Positions 57,801 through 64,000 of a stretch of DNA of 64,000 nt are shown here, in pieces (the stretch's first letter is position 1; each line of letters begins with the position of its first letter). The translations under genes and the position numbers were made by a program. The notes beneath the pieces were generated by a model. The model searched no databases, was not told where the DNA came from, and was given only the letters and a program-made list of their open reading frames with translations. The DNA lies in contig CBDCXR010000004.1 of NCBI GenBank assembly GCA_965223845.1, positions 3,520,001 to 3,584,000 on the forward strand, in the 5' to 3' direction. Source of the stretch: Planctomycetota bacterium (lineage in GTDB: Bacteria; Planctomycetota; UBA8108; SXIK01).

Positions 57801-59969
57801 TCATTTTGACGATGCCGGCGCGGGCGGTCCGTCTTTTTCGGAACTATCGCCCCCCGCATCGCTTCCGGCCGTCGCCGCGACCGCCGTGGGCGGCAGCGCG
57901 CTCGATCGCTCCTTCGCGGCGTCGGACTCGCCCGATGCCGCCGGGCGCCGAACGCCCGAGTCGAGCTCGCGCTTCGCCGCCGTCGCGGCCGTCTCGTGCA
58001 CGTCGATCACCGCGGCGCCCGCCGCGGGAACGGGCTCGATGAGTCCCGGAATCCCCTCGTTCAGGATGACGAACCGATAAATGTACACCGCGACCGGAAC
58101 CGCGAGGAGAAGGCCCCACACCCCGAAGAAGTGCTCTCCGATCGCGAGGCAGACGAGCACCATCACGGGGTGGAGATGGAGCATGTCGCCGATAATCTTC
58201 GGATTGAGGAGGCTCGTCTCGATGAAGTGGATGACGAGGATGCCGATGATCGCTTGGAGCGCAAGCCAGACCGATCCCCCGGGCTGAACGATCGCTACGA
58301 TCGCGATCGGCACACTCGAGATCACAACGCCGAGCACGGGGATGAAACTGCAGAGGAATACGATCGCGCAGAGGAAGTACTCGTTCTCCTGCCCGATCCC
58401 AAGCATCTTGATGACCAGGTACGTCAGCACGGTGTTGCAGATCGCGATCACTCCCTGCGCGAGGAACGACCGCCCGATCAAGCGACCGAAGTTGATGAGT
58501 CCAGGCGCGATCTCGTCATAGAAGTTTCGGACGCGGCTTCGCTTCAGCTTCTCGATCCCGCGTCGCAGCTTCGCCATGTCGAGCGTGATGAAGAGACTGA
58601 GCAGAAACACGAGAGCGATCTGAGGCGGAAGCGCGATGAACTGATCGAGGGTACGCTTTCCGGCTTGCTCGAGCGGTGCGACCCAAGTCGCGGCGTTCTC
58701 GCGCACGTATCCCTGGATCGACTTGTAGAGATCGCCCTGGCGCCATTCGGCCGTGAGGCGTTTGTATTCTTCGGCGCGGAAGTCGAGGTGTTGCTTGCGA
58801 ACGAGCTCCTCCTCGTCGACCGTTTCGGTGAGGTTGTCGATCTCTTGGAGGAGTCGAGAGAACGCCTCGCGCCCGTCTGCGCTCGCAAGCTCGAGGCGAC
58901 GGTAGGTCGGGTAGTCGTAGACGATCTCGCTTTCGTTCAGCTTTCGCTGCTCCTCGTAGTAGATCTCGAACTCCTCCTCTCGCTTCGGATCGGCGAGGAG
59001 CCGCTCTTCGGACTCGGCGACGAGATCAGCGCGCCATTCCTCGCGGTCGGTCGCACGTTTTGCTTCGTCGCCTCGCCAATCGTCGACGACCATCTGAAGC
59101 ATTCCGTCCCGCCGCTTCTCCGCGAAATCCGGTTGTAGGCGAAGCTCTTCGAGCGGAATCAGCTGCGGGTAGAGCTTCGAGTCCTTCTCGTAGCGTGCCT
59201 CCCAGCGGCTGATCCACTGATCCTGCTGCGCGTCGAGAATCTCTGCCGCCTTGTTGACCCGGAACCAAGCGTCGAATTCGGCATCCGAGAGGGTGCCGTC
59301 GCGAAGGCTCTCGTCGATTCTTTTCCGCGCCTCCGCGCGGGTCTTCACGTCGAACGGGTCACGGAGCGCGCGGCGGAGTCGATGGAACTTGTCGTAGTCG
59401 ACGACGCGGAGGCCCTTCTCGCGAAACTCGGTGAAGGCGACTTGATACTCGTCGCTCTCCTCATCCCCGTAGGTGCTCTCAAAGAGCATGCGACCCACGG
59501 TGTTGTTGAGGACACCGTGAAACTCCTTCTCGTAGTCGATCTTGCTCACGCGGTCGTAGAGCTCCTTCGCCTGGTCCTGAAGCTCGGGACCGACGAACTT
59601 ACCGACCTGAAGGAGACCGAGGATGATGAGCGAGAAACAGGCGAGCGTGAGAGTTCGCTCGAGCCAGACGCGCTCTTGATACGGCGAGATCAACGACTGC
59701 GTCTTCACGACGATGCTCCGCACGATGTAGCAGAGGAGAAACGTCATGAAGAGAGTGAAGAAGAAACTTCGGAGCACGTAGACGAGTCCGAAGATCAGCC
59801 CCCAGATGAGGGCTTTCTCCCACGGCAAACGCTCGAGCAGTGTCTTCCGCCGGTTCGTTTGTGATCCACTCGATTCGCCGGCGGCGGGACCGTCAACTCG
59901 CGACGGCAGGAGCGGAACGCTCGAGTCGGTCGCTTCGGAGGAGAGCTCGCGCGAAGGTCCGTCGGTCAT
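57801..59969 (-). CDS. AI-2E family transporter with large soluble insertion
   Basis: LRSFFFTLFMTFLLCYI; AQGVIAICN, SFIPVLG, LNPKIIGDMLHLHP, GEHFFGVWGLLLAVP; about 280-aa hydrophilic insert. Confidence 0.9.
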   Translation of the reverse strand: MTDGPSRELSSEATDSSVPLLPSRVDGPAAGESSGSQTNRRKTLLERLPWEKALIWGLIFGLVYVLRSFFFTLFMTFLLCYIVRSIVVKTQSLISPYQERVWLERTLTLACFSLIILGLLQVGKFVGPELQDQAKELYDRVSKIDYEKEFHGVLNNTVGRMLFESTYGDEESDEYQVAFTEFREKGLRVVDYDKFHRLRRALRDPFDVKTRAEARKRIDESLRDGTLSDAEFDAWFRVNKAAEILDAQQDQWISRWEARYEKDSKLYPQLIPLEELRLQPDFAEKRRDGMLQMVVDDWRGDEAKRATDREEWRADLVAESEERLLADPKREEEFEIYYEEQRKLNESEIVYDYPTYRRLELASADGREAFSRLLQEIDNLTETVDEEELVRKQHLDFRAEEYKRLTAEWRQGDLYKSIQGYVRENAATWVAPLEQAGKRTLDQFIALPPQIALVFLLSLFITLDMAKLRRGIEKLKRSRVRNFYDEIAPGLINFGRLIGRSFLAQGVIAICNTVLTYLVIKMLGIGQENEYFLCAIVFLCSFIPVLGVVISSVPIAIVAIVQPGGSVWLALQAIIGILVIHFIETSLLNPKIIGDMLHLHPVMVLVCLAIGEHFFGVWGLLLAVPVAVYIYRFVILNEGIPGLIEPVPAAGAAVIDVHETAATAAKRELDSGVRRPAASGESDAAKERSSALPPTAVAATAGSDAGGDSSEKDGPPAPASSK

Positions 59970-60308
59970 GGTGTCTCAGCGAACACTAGACAGTGAGGAG
60001 CGTGGAGGTACGTCCACCGAATCCCGACCCATCAACTCTGAGTCGTTCGATGGCTCCCACGATTTCGTCTCGCCGCGGCCGGAAGAAACGTAACCGTCTA
60101 TAGAATAGCCACCGGGTCGGAGGGGAGCAACCGGACCGCACACACGCGCAGTGCATGTTCCGAGAACTCGATCGGCTGGCGACGTTCGAGCGCGAGCGCC
60201 TTCGCTGGCCGCGGAAACACGTACCCAAACCGCTTCGCGTCGTCGACAATGCGCCGCTCGTGATCCCGCGGAAAGACGGCGCAAACCAGGCGAGCGGAGA
60301 CGACGGCT

Positions 60309-61904
60309 ATGCACTGGCTCGACTACACGATCATCGCCGGCAGCTTGGCGCTCATCGTAAGCGTCGGTCTTTGGTTCTCCCGGCGATGGAAGGGGAGCGA
60401 GGGTTACTTCCTCGCGGGTCGGAACCTCACCTGGCCGCTGATCGGCCTCTCGCTCTTCGCGACGAACATTTCGACCGAGCACTTCGTCGGGCTCGCCGAA
60501 GGCGGTTTCACGCACGGTCTCGTCGTCGGCGGATACGAGTGGATCGCGAGCTACTGCCTCATCTGCCTCGCCGTAGTGTTCGCGCCGCAGTACCTGAAGC
60601 ACAAAGTGTTCACGATCCCGGAGTTCTTCGAGAAGCGCTTCGGCGTCGAGACGCGGATGCTGCTGAGCGGGTACTTCCTGCTCATGATCGTGCTCACGAA
60701 GGTGACGCTCGCCATTTACACCGGGGCGATCGTCATCAAAGAGTTCACGGGCTACCCCCTTCCGGCGGTGATGTGGACGATCGGCATCGCGACGGCGATC
60801 TACACCATGGTCGGCGGGCTCCGGGCGGTCGTCTACACAGACTGCATTCAGGCGGTGATCCTGATCCTCGGATCCATCGTCCTGACGATCGGTGCGCTCA
60901 GCGAAGTCGGCGGCTGGGGTGCGCTCGTCGAAACGCTCGACTCTCAGGGTCAAACGGCGCTGCTCTCCATGGTCGAGCCTCCAGACTCCGCGCACCTCCC
61001 GTTCACCGGGTTCCTTCTCGGGAATTTTCTCATCGGCGGAATGTTCTATTGGTGCATGGATCAGGTGAACGTGCAGCGCGTGCTCGGAGCCCGCGACGTC
61101 TACCAGGCGCGACGCGGCGCGCTGTTCGCTTCGGCACTCAAGATCATTCCGGTTTTCATCATGGTGCTGCCCGGTGTCGTCGCGAGCGTCCTCTACGCCG
61201 ACGAGATCGGAGGCGAGACGAAGAGAACGTACTCTGTGCTCGTCCGCAATCTTCTGCCGGTTGGCGTGCGCGGTTTCGTGATCGCGGCGCTCATCGCCGC
61301 GCTGATGTCTTCGCTCAGCTCTTCGTTCAACTCTGCCGCGACCATCATCTCCCGCGATTTCGTGGCGCGGTTTCGCCCGGAGACGCCCGTTCCCCGTCAG
61401 ATTCGGATCGGGCAGATCGGACTCGTCGTCGTCATGGTCTGCGGTATCCTCGTCTCACCGATCGTCGACAGTTTCGAGACGATCTGGTCGTACCTTCAGA
61501 CCGTCACCGGCTACCTCTCCGTGCCGTTCGCGGTCGCGGGTCTCCTCGGAGTGTTCTCGCGAAGGGTCAACCGCCAAGGCGCTCTCGCGGGAATCGTCGT
61601 CGCGGTCGTGGCCGGTGCGATTTGCCTCCTCGATTCGCAGCTCGAGCTCCAGTGGATCACGAGTCCATACCTCGCTTCGTTCCTCCATCGCCACGCGCTC
61701 TGCGCCTCTCTCACGGCCGCGGCGATGATCGCGGTGAGTCTCCTCACCGCCCCACCGTCAAAGGAGATCGTCGAGGGCGCATTTCACTTTGACGGTGAAC
61801 GCGCGCTCGCTCGGCCCGCGGGCGGAGGAATCCTGAGCGACGACCGCCTGTGGGCGGCCGTGATCTTCGCCGTCGTTACGGCGCTCTGGGTCGTCTTCGC
61901 CTGA
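60309..61904 (+). CDS. Sodium:solute symporter (SSS/SLC5, sugar-type)
   Basis: YFLAGR, SLFATNIS, YEW, GGLRAVVYTD, YWCMDQ..VQR, AALMSS. Confidence 0.95.
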   Translation: MHWLDYTIIAGSLALIVSVGLWFSRRWKGSEGYFLAGRNLTWPLIGLSLFATNISTEHFVGLAEGGFTHGLVVGGYEWIASYCLICLAVVFAPQYLKHKVFTIPEFFEKRFGVETRMLLSGYFLLMIVLTKVTLAIYTGAIVIKEFTGYPLPAVMWTIGIATAIYTMVGGLRAVVYTDCIQAVILILGSIVLTIGALSEVGGWGALVETLDSQGQTALLSMVEPPDSAHLPFTGFLLGNFLIGGMFYWCMDQVNVQRVLGARDVYQARRGALFASALKIIPVFIMVLPGVVASVLYADEIGGETKRTYSVLVRNLLPVGVRGFVIAALIAALMSSLSSSFNSAATIISRDFVARFRPETPVPRQIRIGQIGLVVVMVCGILVSPIVDSFETIWSYLQTVTGYLSVPFAVAGLLGVFSRRVNRQGALAGIVVAVVAGAICLLDSQLELQWITSPYLASFLHRHALCASLTAAAMIAVSLLTAPPSKEIVEGAFHFDGERALARPAGGGILSDDRLWAAVIFAVVTALWVVFA

Positions 61905-61932
61905 CGAACGGGAGTCGGAGCGGCTGCGCAAG

Positions 61933-61982
61933 AAAAACGCCCGTCGGAGCCCCCGGAAGAATGACGGGGCCCCGACGGGCGT
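61933..61982 (-). terminator. Intrinsic terminator of ppdK (possibly bidirectional)
   Basis: Stem ACGCCCGTCGG(A)GCCCC with GGGGC(C)CCGACGGGCGT; A-run on the plus side; between convergent genes. Confidence 0.78.
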
Positions 61983-62005
61983 CGACAGTTTCGCGAATCT
62001 TTGCG

Positions 62006-64000
62006 TCAGCGCGCGCGAGCCTTCGCCCGAGCCTTCGTTTTCTTCTTCGCGGCCTTCGGCTTTGTCTTCGCTCCGCCGTTCTTGCTCCGCGTGGCGACGC
62101 GACGAGCGGTCTTCCGTGCGCTCGAAGTCGTCTTCGACTTGCGACCCGCGGTGCGCTTCGACGCCGGCTTCGCCTTCGCCGCGGCCTTTTCGTTGGCCGC
62201 CGCCTGCGCCGCCGCGAGGCGTGCGATCGGAACGCGGAACGGCGAGCAGGACACATAGTCCATGCCGACCTCGTGGCAGAAGTAGACCGACTCCGCGTCG
62301 CCGCCGTGCTCGCCGCAGATCCCGACCTTGAGGCCCGGGCGCGTGCTCCGGCCACGCTCGATTCCGATGCGGACGAGCTCGCCGACACGCTCCTGGTCGA
62401 GCGTCGCGAACGGATCGTCCGGCAGAATTCCGCGCGAGATGTATTCCGGAAGGAACGCGCCGGTGTCATCGCGCGAAAAACCGAACGTCATCTGGGTGAG
62501 ATCGTTCGTCCCGAACGAGAAGAACTCGGCGTGCTCGGCGAGCTCGTTTGCCGCGAGCGCGGCGCGCGGGATCTCGATCATCGTTCCGACGAGATGCGCG
62601 ATCTTCCGGATACCCTTCGACGCGCAGACCTCTTTGTGAACTCGAGCGATGAGCTCGTACTTATTCTCGAGCTCCTTCGGCGCCACGACGACGGGAACCA
62701 TGATCTCCGGGATCGTCTTCACCTTCTTCGCCTGAAGATCGGCCGCGGCCTCGAAGATCGCACGCACCTGCATTTCGGTCACCTCGGGGAAAGTGATCCC
62801 GAGGCGAACTCCGCGGTGCCCCATCATCGGGTTCGACTCGCGCAGCCCGTCGGCGCGCTTCTTCGCCTGCTCAACGGAAATCCCGAGATCGTTCGCGAGC
62901 GCGCGTAGCTTGCCGGCGTCGTGCGGCACGAACTCGTGGAGTGGCGGATCGAGGAGTCGGATCGTGACCGGCAGACCCGCCATCGCCTGGAGCGTCGCCT
63001 TGACGTCCTTCTTGACGAACGGCGCGAGCTCCGCGAGAGCGCGGCGGCGCGAATCGGTGTCCTCCGCGAAGATCATCTTACGGAGCTTCTGGAGAGGCTC
63101 GTCCGCGCCCTTCCCGTAGAACATGTGCTCCGTCCGGAAGAGACCGATGCCCTGCGCCCCGAAGTTGCGCGCGCGGATGGCGTCGTCCGGGGTGTCCGCA
63201 TTCGCTCGCACCTTGAGGCGGCGGAGCTGATCGCACAAGCGGAGGAAAGTGTCGAGCGTCTTGTTGTTCGTCGAACCGTCGACGAGCGCGAGCGCGCCCT
63301 CGTACACCGTGCCGCGGCTGCCGTTGAGACTGAGAGTATCGCCGCTTCGGTACGTCTTGGCGCCGATCTTCATCGTGCCGGCTTCGACGTCGACCTCCGC
63401 ATCACCCGCACCGACGATACAGCACTTTCCCCAGCCGCGAGCGACGAGCGCCGCGTGCGAGGTCATTCCGCCGCGCGAGGTGAGGATCGCTTCCGCGGCG
63501 CGCATTCCCTCGACGTCCTCCGGGTTCGTCTCGTCGCGAACGAGGATCACCTTGTTCCCCTTCGCCGCGGACGCGACCGCCGCCGCCGCGGTGAACTCGA
63601 TCTTGCCGATGGCTCCACCGGGGCCCGCGGGGAGTCCCTTGAGTACGGGGTTCGATTCGCGCTCCGCCGCCGGATCGAGAATCGGATGGAGTAGCTCGTC
63701 GAGCTGCGAAGCGGACACGCGACCGACCGCTTCTTCCTTCGTGATCAGCTTCTCCCGGACCATGTCGACGGCCATCTTGACCGCGGCCGGGCCGTTCCGC
63801 TTGCCGACGCGACACTGCAGCATGAACAGACGACCGTTCTCGATCGTAAACTCGATGTCCTGCATGTCGCGGTAGTGCTTCTCGAGGCGCTTCTGAATCG
63901 CGTCGAGTTCGCGGTAGGCCTTCGGCATCGTGCGCTGGAGGGTCTGCTGCCCGGCGTTGTGATCCGTCGCCGACTCCTTGTTGATCGGTGCCGGCGTACG
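62006..64000 (-). CDS. ppdK: Pyruvate, phosphate dikinase, 5'-truncated by the window edge
   Basis: Frame open to the edge (RTPAPINK...); DMQDIEFT, GGMTSHAA, GIGLFRTEHMF, NPMMGHRG, FGTNDLTQ, CGEHGG, YVSCSPFRVP. Confidence 0.97.
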   Translation of the reverse strand, partial: RTPAPINKESATDHNAGQQTLQRTMPKAYRELDAIQKRLEKHYRDMQDIEFTIENGRLFMLQCRVGKRNGPAAVKMAVDMVREKLITKEEAVGRVSASQLDELLHPILDPAAERESNPVLKGLPAGPGGAIGKIEFTAAAAVASAAKGNKVILVRDETNPEDVEGMRAAEAILTSRGGMTSHAALVARGWGKCCIVGAGDAEVDVEAGTMKIGAKTYRSGDTLSLNGSRGTVYEGALALVDGSTNNKTLDTFLRLCDQLRRLKVRANADTPDDAIRARNFGAQGIGLFRTEHMFYGKGADEPLQKLRKMIFAEDTDSRRRALAELAPFVKKDVKATLQAMAGLPVTIRLLDPPLHEFVPHDAGKLRALANDLGISVEQAKKRADGLRESNPMMGHRGVRLGITFPEVTEMQVRAIFEAAADLQAKKVKTIPEIMVPVVVAPKELENKYELIARVHKEVCASKGIRKIAHLVGTMIEIPRAALAANELAEHAEFFSFGTNDLTQMTFGFSRDDTGAFLPEYISRGILPDDPFATLDQERVGELVRIGIERGRSTRPGLKVGICGEHGGDAESVYFCHEVGMDYVSCSPFRVPIARLAAAQAAANEKAAAKAKPASKRTAGRKSKTTSSARKTARRVATRSKNGGAKTKPKAAKKKTKARAKARAR

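Overview
GC-rich bacterial chromosomal segment with about 50 real CDSs. Most long ORFs in the track are antisense or out-of-frame shadows. The gene content (PEP-CTERM protein, DUF3500, Tat-exported DUF362, MGIHDRE-type rhomboid, HEAT-repeat protein, ECF sigma/ZAS anti-sigma) suggests Planctomycetota or another PVC lineage; this is inference. Contents in order: a TetR-TolC-MFP-RND efflux operon (truncated at the left edge), assorted metabolic and envelope genes, Mn-SOD, cysG-cysH, ptsP, an ECF sigma module, two cyclophilins, a glycogen locus, an AI-2E transporter, a sodium:solute symporter and ppdK (truncated at the right edge). I saw no rRNA, tRNA, CRISPR array, integrase or transposase by eye. 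Top candidates for a second look: (1) a single 1040-aa ORF fusing an intact GH57 branching enzyme to an intact GT5 glycogen synthase, downstream of a Rho_N-DUF4912 gene; (2) an ECF sigma / coiled-coil anti-sigma / protease-less double-PDZ lipoprotein module with two copies of a GGAAC-N16-CGTA promoter; (3) an orphan contractile-injection-system tail-assembly-chaperone gene with its own TATAAT; (4) a 34-bp direct repeat flanking sodA; (5) a divergent cytoplasmic GH84-like protein; (6) a GDPD-secretin N0-like-PDZ fusion; (7) a Cys-codon uORF and hairpin leader before cysG-cysH. All family assignments are motif recognition by eye, not database searches.
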